A stretch of DNA of 35,326 nucleotides from Octopus bimaculoides (Eukaryota). Below the pieces are notes generated by a model. That model was not told the origin of the DNA. It was given only the letters and a program-made list of their open reading frames with translations, and made no database searches. Below, piece by piece: positions 11,518-24,783 of this stretch. A program made the position numbers and the translations under genes. The first letter of the stretch is position 1. Every line of letters begins with the position of its first letter. The stretch covers positions 83,814,629 through 83,849,954 of the forward strand of contig NC_068990.1 of NCBI RefSeq assembly GCF_001194135.2. The letters are read 5' to 3'.

Positions 11518-14500
11518 TGTATGTTTGTGTGTCTGTGTTTGTCCCCTAGCATTGCTTGACAGCCGATGCTGGTGTGTTTAATGTCCCCGTCACTTAGCAG
11601 TTCGGCAAAAATGACTGATAGAATAAGTACTAGGCTTACAAAGAATAAGTCCTGGGGTCGATTTGCTCGACTAAAGGCGGTGCTCCAGCATGGCCGCAGT
11701 CAAATGACTGAAACAAGTAAAAGAGTAAAGAGTTGCATAATGTAACTTCGAATACAGCTTTTCCATGCATCACTGCCTTGTTTCCATATGGTAAAGGAAC
11801 CGGAGCTATGATTTTGACTGCTTATCATTAGATACACCTTATTGCATTCAAATCCTTTGTTTATCTGATAAATATAGCAAAATTAATATAAATCTATCAC
11901 AAAGAGAAAATTATTTTTGGGAAAAGATAATGTCTCAAAAAATCAATTGAATATGATTGTCATCTTGTTTAGCACTTCAGCCGTCAGATTACTTTGTCAA
12001 ATGTAAAGTTTATTTATCCAAATTATTTTCAATTAATCATTTATCATTTTGTGGCTTTGAAACATTGATGATGTATTTGTTTATATTTTGAATGACATTG
12101 TAAGACAGGTGTGAAAGGCTAAATCTGAGCACTCTGAACATAAAACAGGAAGACGGCCATGTATAGGTCTGGCTGTGTCTGCCACAAGTGCTTTCCACCA
12201 CACAGGAAGTGCGGCGTAGACAATGCAATGGAGTGCAGTGGCGGAGACCGTGCAGGGAAGCCGACTCCCATTGGCTGAAGGCATGACTGCCCACGAGCAC
12301 GAACAAGGTTGCTCGCTGCTGTGGTGATGGCCAGAAAGGTGTCTGGGAAGCGGAGTCTGACACCAATGCTACAGCCTTGTATCAGTCTGCTGCTTTGCAC
12401 GGTGACATGCAAAGCAAGGCATTCTCTCTTTGAGTGAAGAGTAGATTATATAACAGGTACATATAAATGTTTCGTGGTAACGAAAGTGGTGTAAGATAAT
12501 GACCATCAAAATGGAGCACCACATCAAGTACGGAGGTTCTTTTACTGTTACTTGTTTCAGTCACTTGACTGTGGCCATGCTAGAGAACAGCCTTAAAGGA
12601 TTCATTCAAAGAAATTGAACCCAGGACTTATTCTTTGTAAGCCTAGTACTTATTCTATCTGTCTCTTTTGCTGAACCACTAAGTTACAGGTATGTAAGCA
12701 CACCAACATCGGTTATCAAGCGCGATGGTGGTGGGGTAAAACACAGACACACACATAATTATGTACATAGATACATGACAGGCTTCTTTCAGTTTCCGTC
12801 AACAAAGTTCATTCACAAGGCTTTCGTTGGCCTGAGGCTATAGTCGAAGACATTTGCCCAAGATGCAATGCAGTGGGACTGAACCTGGAACCATGTGGTT
12901 GGGAAGCAAGCTTCTGACCACACAAAAAAATTATATGCCTTGCATATAATTAGAAATAAAAAAGGAGAAGACATATAGAGTGTGTTAAAGAAAGTGAGAG
13001 TGAGAAATAAAGAGAGTGATAGATACAATACAAAGCAATAATTAACTTACAAAAGTTTTGTTTGGCTAACATCTTTCCTTCAGATGAATCTTGAGTATCT
13101 AACGAGGGAACAGACATAAAAGAAGTTATCAGTTTTGTGGTATTGACGCAGGAAACAAAATTTACGATATTGATGTTGGATAAATGAGTTACTGCAAACA
13201 TATGTATGCATGCATGCATGCATGTATGTATGTATTTCTGTATGTATGCGTGTATGTATGTATGTTGAGATAAAGGATAATATTGATGAGAAAGACGGTA
13301 GCAACAGCAGTGAAAGATTACAAGCATTATGACAGTGGCAATGGTGGTGGTGGTGGTGGTGGTGGTGGTGGTGGTGGGTTTTGGGTGTTTNNNNNNNNNN
13401 NNNNNNNNNNNNNNNNNNNNNNNNNNNNNNNNNNNNNNNNNNNNNNNNNNNNNNNNNNNNNNNNNNNNNNNNNNNNNNNNNNNNNNNNNNNNNNNNNNNN
13501 NNNNNNNNNNNNNNNNNNNNNNNNNNNNNNNNNNNNNNNNNNNNNNNNNNNNNNNNNNNNNNGGTGGTGGTGGTGGTGGTGGTGGTGGTGGTGGGTCTGT
13601 GGTAACTATGTGGTGCTATAAAAAATATTCACCTACTTGTTTTATATTTGGTGTTACTCTTCGAATCTTCTTTCTTTTGTATGCATAAATACATGCAGAT
13701 GACATCTCTAGCATCTTTCTTGTATAGACAGTAGAATATGAAGATAAACAATCCTTGAAGCGTATTGAAGATAGCAAAGAGGTATTTAAACACCAAAGCT
13801 GCCTCACCAAATGTGAAGAATGCTAATATCCAAGAGAGGCCAAGTAGGAAAAACACGCCAACGATTCCAAAAAGCCGTAATTTCCTTGCTTTGTGTTCAA
13901 ATTTCTTGTCATTTTTCATTGAAATAAGGCGCCCAAGAATGAGAGAAAATATGGTAAGATTGAAGAGGAGAACAGCCACCACTGGAAACAGGAAAGCAGC
14001 ATAGAAAGATGTCTGGGATAACCAACAACTAGAAAGAAATGGGAAAACAATTAAAAACAAAATCTAGAACATGTTTTTTTCAGGAGAGTTGAGTGATTAC
14101 AATGATGAAGTGTATTCAATCCCAAAGAATTTATGATTAAATCCTGATACTGGAAATGGGAATAAACAAGTAAGTATCCAAGCAACACAGCATCCATGAC
14201 TTTTGTAAACATTTTCTCAAGCTCAGAATTGCTTAAGCATGGAATAAACTACCTGCTTCAAGTTGTTAGCTGTCGAGACACTACATCTTTCAAAACTTCC
14301 ATGCTTCCCTGCAGATGAAATGGCCTTGACCTTCTTTGGAGCATATGAGGAGGAGTATTTCCACTGGATGGATTGTCTCTTTTTCTCTGGCTCAAAGTAA
14401 TGAAGCCAACACTCATCTTGGGTTAGGAAACCAGCTGCATCTGTCTCAAACAAGGTCAGATTTTCTTGTGATGCAATCAGCTGATGTGGCACCCTCTAAG

Positions 14501-15197
14501 CAGAAGCTTTCATCAAGCCAAGTTCATTGTGCAGAGTATTCTCAACTCTCTCACAGGATAATGCTAAGAGCATTGGCTATTTGATTTACAATAAATCACC
14601 TGTCACCATTACCATATGGTGAACACAATCAATGTTTTCCTCGGTGATGACAGTTGAAAGACATCCAAATTTTGGTTCTTCTTCAAGACTCTCCCTTCCC
14701 CTCCTAAATCCAACCACCTACTTCTGTACTGCTGATAAAGCTGGACTGTCATCCCCTTAAGTAGCAAGCATATATGAACAAATCTCTTTGGGGGCTAAGC
14801 CATTTTTCTGCAGATACTTGATAAGACTATGATGCCAAATTTTCTCCAATTTCAAGAGAAATCACTGCAAATTACTTTTGAAGTCAGATGTCAGTTAAAC
14901 AAGAAAGAAACAATGCAATTATCAATAACAAGAGTTGAAATTAATGTATGCAAGATTCTTCAGCTCTAGCATCACTCCTTCATAGTCAGCCTATGGACTT
15001 TCCAGCCCACCCTCAATGAAAGTATGTGAAGATGGGTTGTAGCTAATTGTTTGTGAGCTTGTGTTGTATTTTTGTATATGTTGCAACAATATTATTGAAA
15101 GAAGAAATTTCAAATATACTTACACCTCTGCAATTCTGATGTAGTTATTTGTGTTGTTGATAATCAGAGTAAGGATGACTATTATTGCTGGAAGACC

Positions 15198-15243
<46 letters not shown>

Positions 15244-18200
15244 TATAATAATAATAATTAGTAATTGACGCTCTTAGAAGTGTAGGAAAATGTGATTTGC
15301 ATTTGCTGGGTGCTTCACAAGTCCATACATAGTTCATGGAAGGAAAAAGGTTAAATGAGTACAAGTGCCAGAACCGGTAGAAGGTTTAAGAGAAGATTTT
15401 ATTGATAAGTAAACATGTATGTCTGTGTGTGTGAGTGCGACATGTAAACATAATAATAGACAAGCCTTCATGTAAACAAAGTGTGTGTGTATGCAAACAT
15501 GGATGTGTGCGTGTGCGATAAGTAGAGAGCATAGAAAAGAGTCTATAATGAAGTTAGAAGAATGTCCAGACTCAAGGATGATAAAATACCAGTTTGTATT
15601 CAAGGTACACGGTGATTGAGGTGCTGTAACAAGAAGTTGATGCGCCATTCATTTGATGTGCCATTTACTATCATAATAAAACTGTCGGCATTTTTAACGA
15701 ATGGCTTATGCTAGTGTATAAAACTATATAAAACTGGTTTAGAAAATAAAAACAGCAAGCAACCAGAAGACTGAGCTTCATATGACATATAACCATACGC
15801 ACGCGTGTACACTTATCTTGAGTTGCCTCCCCTAGTTGCCAGACCGCTAAAAAGTGTTGATTGATCTCCCTTGGTCTACTAAATTGATGTGCTACAGTTA
15901 TTGCGTACATGAATATTGTTAGTTTTGTCAATGAATGCTCTACAGAATAATCTCTCATTGTTTTAATAATAATCCTTTCTTTATGCTTGACGAAATAATA
16001 TAAAGGAGAATCTACTATAATTGGCAGAAGAAATGCTGCTAGTTTACGGAGATAAGTACTGCTTGTTTAGATAGTGGTATGTATGTTGAGGAAGATCACT
16101 AATGTTGATCTCTAAAAATCTGTTAGCTTCTAAAGTAAAAATAATAACTCTTAAAGAGACAGAATGACTGTGTTTTATGTAGAAAAAAAGCAGTTAATAT
16201 CGATGAAGAAATAACTGTAAAATTATGCAGGGTTGTGGGGCTACGATTAACCAATTCTTTAATCTGATCACGGTGTCCTGTTATCGATGGGAGGAAATTC
16301 TACCTGTTTTTGCAGATTAATTGTTCAATGCTCCCAGAAAAAATACCTCAACACTAATTCAGCTGTTGTTTTTATATGGCTGGTGTCTCTTGATCACTCT
16401 GATTATTTTATTTTCTAAAATATTTCTACAGATATTGATTCTCCTTCAATACGTGGAGCAACAGATGTGTTTCGATTGAACCGTTCGAGTGTTTAAATAG
16501 AGATAAAAGAAGCTACTTAAAGTGACACAAAATGATCACAAATAGACGGTGTTTATACATACCCCAAGCAATTACTGTACTCTTCAGCATGTAGTGGCTC
16601 ATGTATTTATTGAATACAACAACCACAGCTAAATAGATATGAGACGCTTCAACAGCCATCCACATGATGGAAACCGTAAGGAAGTAGTGTAGTAGAGCTG
16701 CTACTGCCTATAATAATAATAATAATAACAACAACAACAACAACAACAACAACAATAATAATTATCACAATAATGATATGTACATAACAGCAAATTGGGT
16801 CATTGGGTTCCTCATAAACTTTCTGTGTCTAATTGTGTGCAGGATGTGAATGTGCATTGTTTGTTTTTGATTTTGTCAACTATACAGTATAGTAGGGTCA
16901 GTTGGGCGGGCACTGTCCATGAGAAAATCAACACCATGACGCAATAGACTATGCCAGAAATTTAGAAACGACATGCTGTACTGCTTGGCATTCACACCAG
17001 AATCTCCAATATGAACATTTCAGAGTGTTTTGGTGTGAATCTGAGGACATGTATCGAGAGTGATAAAAACCAAACATCCAGTCAACATCATGGTATTTGG
17101 AGTGATCAGTAGTGATGGTGACGTTATGCCTCCAATCATCTTCTCATATGGTCTAAGACTCAACACGAAGGCCTACATCAAGTGCCTGGAGGAGGTAATG
17201 CTGCCCTGGGTCAAGAGGGTGGCTGCTGGAACACCCTACGTCTGGCAACAGGACTCTGCACCATGCCACAGAAGTATTTTCAAGATATTTCAAGATATCT
17301 TCAAGTAATTTTGGTAAATATATCTGTTAAAATGAGATGTCAGTGTTATTTTTATTTTTATGTAATTCAGATGACAATATATTCACCTGGTGTGCCCTTG
17401 GCAGTTGGGGGTGACCAAGATGTGTGGGGTGCCTGGTTGGCTCTGAGTGGAACTCCCTTCTATAATTATCTGACAGGGTTTCAACAAGTGGAACAACACT
17501 TGATCAGCTAAGAGAGTAACACACATGTCCATGCATGCATGTGCATGTGTACATGTTGTATTTGTGTGTATGTGTGTGTGTCATCGTCATCATCATCATC
17601 ATCATTTAACATCTACTATCCATGCTGGAATGGATTGGACTGTTTGACTGAAAACTGGTAAGTCGGAGAGCTGCACCAGGTTCTGATCTGATTTGGGAAG
17701 GTTTCTATAGCTGGATGCCCTTCCTAATGACAACGACTCTGAGAGTGTAGTGGATGCTTTTTATGTGCCACCGGCACTGGTGCCATTAATCTGACACTGG
17801 TATCAGCCTGTTATGGTCTCACATGTCCACACAAGCAAGGTTCGTAAAGAATAATATATTTGTATGTGTGCACTCACTTTACAAGCAATCATATTCTTCG
17901 TAGCATATGGACGCATCCCAACAAGAAATATGAAATTTGCTACAGCCAAAGCAATGCAAAGATTTATTAAAATTTTTGAAAAAAGTCCTTTTCGTAAAGT
18001 TCTGAAAAAAATGGAAAAGCAATGTTTGTTTTACTGAAACATGAAACTTAACATATGAAATACAGTAATAACTACAATTTTGGATAAGAATGGTGTTTGT
18101 TAGGAAATATAAATATCTTTAAGTTATACATGAAATGTATTTGTATGTAGTAAGTAGTTTGTTTACCAACCACATGGTTCCAGGTTCAGTTCCACTGCAT

Positions 18201-18288
18201 AGCACCTTGGGCAAGTGTACTCTATAGCCTCAGTCCAACCAAAGCCTTGTGAGTGGATTTGGTAGATGGAAATTGAAAGCTCATTGTA

Positions 18289-18319
<31 letters not shown>

Positions 18320-19795
18320 GATATATGTGTGTATGTATATGTATGTGTGTCTGTCTCCCCCACCATTGCTTGACAACTGATGTTGGTGGATTTACATCCC
18401 CGTAACTTTGCGGTTCGGCAAAAGACCCAAATAGAATAAATACTAGGCTCACAAAGAACAAGTCCTGGGGTCGATTTGTTTGACTAAAGGTGGTGCTCCA
18501 ACATGGCATATCAAGACATGTCATATGTGATGATAGCAGATGTAGGGAGAGAGATGGGCCCTTCCAGGTCTAAAAATGTCTAAAAATATCAAGATGTGCC
18601 ATATGTGATGATAGCAGATGTAGGGAGAGAGATTGGGCCCTGCCAGGTCTAAAAATGTCCAAAATTATAAAGACATGTCATATGTGATGATAGCAGATAT
18701 GGGAAGAGAGATTGGGCCTTGCCAGGTCTAAAAATGTCCAAAAATATCAAGACATGCCATGTGATGATAGCACCCTTACAGCAGTATCAGGGCATTAAGG
18801 GTTAATGAGATAGCTTATTATAATTTTTTTTTTTGTTTCCTTCAAGAGAAGTTCAACCTCGGACAGGAAGTCAATTACTTCCATATCATTTCCTCACTTT
18901 TATCATTGCTTCCACTTGTGATTTACTGATTTTACATAACTGAAATTGTATACATTACATGCATGTGTGTGTATATATATATATATATGAATATATTTAA
19001 GCGTGTAAACATGTATGTATGCACATGTATGTGTGGTAAGTGTGGGCATATACATATATAAATTTGGGTGTGTGCTTTTAGGCCAAAGTTATTTGTAAAA
19101 TTTTAGTTGTTTCATGGTGAAGTAAACATCATAGAACAAAGCAACTGTTTAAAAATAATAATTCTGAATTAAAATGCTTACTTGGAAGAAACATGAACTA
19201 TAATTGTGAGTATGAGACAGACAATCGAAATTCCACATCCAATGCTAGATATAATAGATATTGATTTAACATCAACATCCTTTTCATTTCCATAAACATC
19301 CTGCAATAGAAACAAGCAACATAATAACTTCTTTTCTATATTTAAATGTTTGTCAATCTTATATAAACCACTAGTGCCTTACTTGATAATGGTAGGGTTG
19401 CTCTGTGTGTGTATGTGTTTGTATATGTATGTATGTATATGATGTTTTTCAAATAACTTGCACATGCAAGTGCTACCAGTTGAGAACTCGGCATACTGGA
19501 AGCCAACAAATGTATGGGGTCATCAGGAGAGAATGATGCCTACCTCTCAATGGCATCAATGCATACCGGCCCCACTGACTGATATGAGGCCCTGCTTAGA
19601 ACTGGTTATCAAATAAAGATCAATATGTATATGTTAGGAAGGGCATCCAGCTGTAGAAACTCTGCCAAATTAGATTGGAGCCTGGTGTTGCCATCCGGTT
19701 TCACCAGTCTTCAGTCAAATCGTCCAACCCATGCTAGCATGGAAAGCGGACGTTAAACGATGATGATGATGATGATGATATATATGTATGCATGA

Positions 19796-19827
<32 letters not shown>

Positions 19828-22800
19828 GTATGCATGAATATATATATATATATGTATATGTATATATATGTATGCATGAATATATATATATATATGTNNN
19901 NNNNNNNNNNNNNNNNNNNNNNNNNNNNNNNNNNNNNNNNNNNNNNNNNNNNNNNNNNNNNNNNNNNNNNNNNNNNNNNNNNNNNNNNNNNNNNNNNNNN
20001 NNNNNNNNNNNNNNNNNNNNNNNNNNNNNNNNNNNNNNNNNNNNNNNNNNNNNNNNNNNNNNNNNNNNNNNNNNNNNNNNNNNNNNNNNNNNNNNNNNNN
20101 NNNNNNNNNNNNNNNNNNNNNNNNNNNNNNNNNNNNNNNNNNNNNNNNNNNNNNNNNNNNNNNNNNNNNNNNNNNNNNNNNNNNNNNNNNNNNNNNNNNN
20201 NNNNNNNNNNNNNNNNNNNNNNNNNNNNNNNNNNNNNNNNNNNNNNNNNNNNNNNNNNNNNNNNNNNNNNNNNNNNNNNNNNNNNNNNNNNNNNNNNNNN
20301 NNNNNNNNNNNNNAGTCAATTCAAACATGAACAAGCAAGAAAAAAACGCAAAAAAAAAAAACAACGCGAGGACGTGGAATAAGTACAGTGTTATTGGACG
20401 CTCAGGAAAGGAAACACACATATATACACAAATACAAGAAGAGAGGGAGATAGGAGCTATTATTTCCGTGCATGTTGAAAAATAGATATTTTAATGAAAC
20501 TTTGACTATACTTTGTGATTCGAATAGTGACCATTGATAATACTTTTGGCTTGCTTTCTGGTTTGTGGCTACTAGAGTAGGTACAACAGCTACAGTCACA
20601 GCACTGACCACATATTATAACTGTGGAAGATACCACATCATAACAATTACATTATATTTTAATATATTTATATTATATACTTTAGCTGTAAGCTACATGA
20701 AGACAATGAAGCGTCTCAGTATTTTGACATATTTACTAGCAAACTCATCAATGTATAGTTTATTATGCATCAAAACATACGTAACAAGAACAGCACTAAT
20801 CTTTCACTTAGTATAACACCTTACATATTTACTGAGATACTCAATAACATACATTTTAGTTGGTACATTATTATACAACTCTTTAAAACTGGCCTAACAT
20901 ACATAGCATTTGTTATAATATTGGTTTCAAATTTTGGCTCAAGACCAGTAATTTTAAGGGTAAGGACAAGTCAAACACATCAACTTGTGCTTATTCTATC
21001 GACCCTGAAAGAATGAAAGATAAAGTCAACCTTAGAATTTGAACTTAGACCATAGACGTATAAAATGCTGCTAACCATTTTACCCAGCATGCTTATTAGT
21101 CTACCAGCTTATTATCTAAGCATTTGTCATAATATTACCAACCATTAGTAGTGCAAAACTTGTAAGATGGTTACAGGAACAAGATATTCTTTCTCCTGGT
21201 ACAATGTTGTATATATTACAGCCTTTTGTTGACCAATGAGGATCCTGTCCAGAGGTGTCATCCCAGTAAACACACCGTGGGTTAGTACCATTCTGAAAAC
21301 AAATTAAAAAATTAGAATTAGCATTCTAATACATAAAATGGTTACTTAAGAAGATTGCTTTCGAATCATCTCAAATTACACTTACTGCCAAAGAAATGTC
21401 CTATCTCATAGATGTTATCTTGCCTTCAGGTACAAAATGAAAGTAGCTCATTCACCTGAGCCATAATCACCACTTCACCAACCTTTCAACAAACTTACAG
21501 AGTGCATGACCTTCCTCTGATGAGGAAATCACTGAAGAAGAAAATGTCTGACCTCAGACCTTTTAATCTTCTCCACAATATTACATCATTCACCATACCC
21601 ATCAGACAGAGGAAGACTATGAGGTGATATCAAAAGTTCCCGGACTAGTTCTGTAGTGTGCCAACAGATAGCAGCACATGGTTGTGTGTGCAGTGAGAGC
21701 TAGCAGTGACCTTCATGTGGCAGTGTGCCAAATGACATCATTGTATTTACTTCACAAGTTGTGAAATTTGTGTTCCTGTGACCACGTGTATGTTGTAGTC
21801 TGTGATTTTGTCATGGGCAGGAACAAAGAGCCAACATGAAATTTTGCGTTAAACTTGGTAAGTCTGCTACAGAGACATTGAGCATGCTTCAGCAAGCTTA
21901 TGACAATAAGGCGATGGGTCATATGCAATGTGGTACAGTAAGGTACAAGATAAGACACTAAATGAATCTGTTAAACCAACAACTATGGGATTTTGACATC
22001 CAAGGAGATGGCAATATCAGCAATAAGAAATACATAAATAGAAATATATTACCTTATGTATTAAACTGAAAGACACGGTAATTGGTTTATCAAGGTTGGT
22101 TATTTGAATATTAGGAATATTGGCTGCAATAATTTGACTGTTGACAAACTGTTCGAGTACTTCCATCTTTTTTTTAAGAGGTTTTTGAATTACCTATAAA
22201 ATGAGAAGTTGTTATGTAAACAAACTTATTTATTCAATGGGAGTCCTTAATATATTGTTAAAGTTTACAAATAAATTCAAAATCTTTGTAATGTATGAAC
22301 ATATCTTTTTATTCAATGGAATGTTGTGGAAGCATTGCATACAGCTCCTAGTATATTTTTGTTTAATGTGGGTGAGGTATGTCTGCATTGTTTAGTTTGA
22401 TGCTTGGTTATATTTGAAGTTCTCTGATGATGTTGGTGATGCGAAAGGGTGACAGGTGACTTTTGTTGGTGTTGATATAAATCTGTTGTTTTTGAAGCAG
22501 GTTTTAAGGTAACTAATGAAGGGGTTATTGTGCAATTTGTATTTGAAGTGTGATGGAAGGAGTGTGTAAGAATAAGCAAAAAAAAAAAAAAAAAAGAGAG
22601 GGTGAACTGATGATCTTTGAGATATACCATTTGGGAAATTGCAAGTTCTTTTAATTGTTGTTTGCATGCAATATATCAGCCTAGCAACCAGGCTGATAGA
22701 TAAATTGTTTCTTGATATGGTGTTAATTATTTTCTGCAAATTGGATAATGGGAAGTAAGTAGAGTTGAAAGCTTTAATTCATGTTTAAAGTATTGAAGAC

Positions 22801-24717
22801 TGTAAGCATATCAATTGTTTTTGTTGTGGATACTGCTGTTGTATATCTTCTGTTTTAGGTTTATGAGAAGTGTGATGGTTTAGCCTACTGGCCTGAATTC
22901 ATGTTCTAGAAAGAAGTTATAGATGTAGATGAGCACAGTATAACTTTAGGCTCTTACTGTTTCAGATATATGCTGGGTAGTATAATAGCAGGACATTTTT
23001 GATGTGATCCATGTTTGACTGAAGTATACAAATATTTGTTTAGAGAGAAGTGTTTGGTAGAAGGAACATGTCCATTATTTTTATTTTAAGTTTTGTTGGT
23101 AGAAAAGAAAAAAAATATCAATAACTCAATTACTACTTAAAGCTCTGCAAGTAACCTATCTAGAAATTAGCTGCCATAAAGTAGGTTCAACAAACCATGA
23201 ATTTGTTGGACTATCGTGATATGAGATTAGGTATCTATTGATCAAGCAGACTCAAACAGCTGAAGTATAATTCTTGGTGGTGGCAGACTGGCAGAATTGT
23301 TAGAGCATCAGACAAAATGATTTGCAGAACATCTAACTCTCTACATTCTGGTTTCAAATCCTACTGAGGTCATCTTCGATTTTCATTCATCCAAGGTCCA
23401 TAATATTGAGTACCAGGGAAGCAGCAGGATCAATGGTGTCTCCTACCAAAACTCCCAGCATTGTGCAATTATTCATGGGATAGTGACTCTTTTTCTGTCG
23501 GGAGATGATATTCGGCTGGGCATTATTTTACGTCTATACAAGGCAGCAAACTAGCAGAATCCTTAGCATGCCAGACAAAAGGTTTAATGGTAATTCATCT
23601 GTCTTTACATTCTGAATTTAAATGTTGTGAGGTTGACTTTACCTTTCATTCTTTCAGGGTTGATGAAATAAGTACCAGTTGTGCTTTGGGGTTGAAGTAA
23701 TTGACTAACTCCCTCCCACAAAATTTCAGGCCTTGAGTCTATAATAGAAAGGATTATTTTACTCCTATAGGCACCGATCTACTCTCTTATAAGGTATTAT
23801 AATGGTTCTAAATCTTGTAACATGTTAGGTTTACTGGATCTATTCAATTTGATGGTATAATAACTTTAACACGAAATAACTTCTAAAATACAAATTTTTG
23901 TCCAAAACGTTACGAGTAAACCCTGTTATCTGTGACACATTCTACTAGTATCCGAAGTTTCAAAGCGTTTAGTTAAAAAAAATTAAGTAAAACATCTGGC
24001 CGTCAAATTGAATAGATCCCTGGATTTTCCGGCGTGTATTGGTTATTTACAAGTCAGACAAACGGGGGGGCGGGGTAATCCATCTCATGAAAGGGTTGTC
24101 TTCCCTTTAGAAGATTTATCTCCCCTGAGATTGTTCTGTGACAAATGGCTGTCGGTTTGTATAGCTCCCAAGAAGAATGTGCATGCAAAACAGAAAGAGA
24201 AGGAAGAAATAAAAAAGAAAAGAAGAGAGTGTGTAGAGGAAAAGGAATGCAGGAAATATAGAGAAAGAAGAGTAATGAAGCAAAATATAAAATAAACAAA
24301 ATAAAGAAAAGTAATACAAAGAGGTCAGGACCAAGGTAGAAATCCTGCAGAATAACACAAGAGAGTTGTTAATTAATATACAGTATATATAACAGATGAT
24401 TCAGTTGTGTTAATGGTTGGCTGTTAATACTTGGGTCAATACTTGGTTGTTAAACATTGTACATACCCTATATAGCTTATCAGTCCGAAGAGAATGGAAT
24501 GAAACCCTTGAAATCCTTAGAAGTTCTTTGCTTTTCAGACGTTTTAATAAACTGTTAGGTAATGAGATGAAGTCCATCACCATCATATTTTCTAGTTCAG
24601 AATATGAAGCATTATATATCTGGTGGGAGGAAAGAAAAAAAAGAAAGGCATTGAAAAGTTATATGGGATACAACAAGAAAAATGGTAAACTTTCTACCAC
24701 TGCTGTTGCTATTGCTG

Positions 24718-24783
<66 letters not shown>

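Noticed and set aside
22392-22739. ORF with a cag acceptor as a GAIN exon
   Set aside because: No GAIN similarity; exon 22053-22193 already fills this position in phase.
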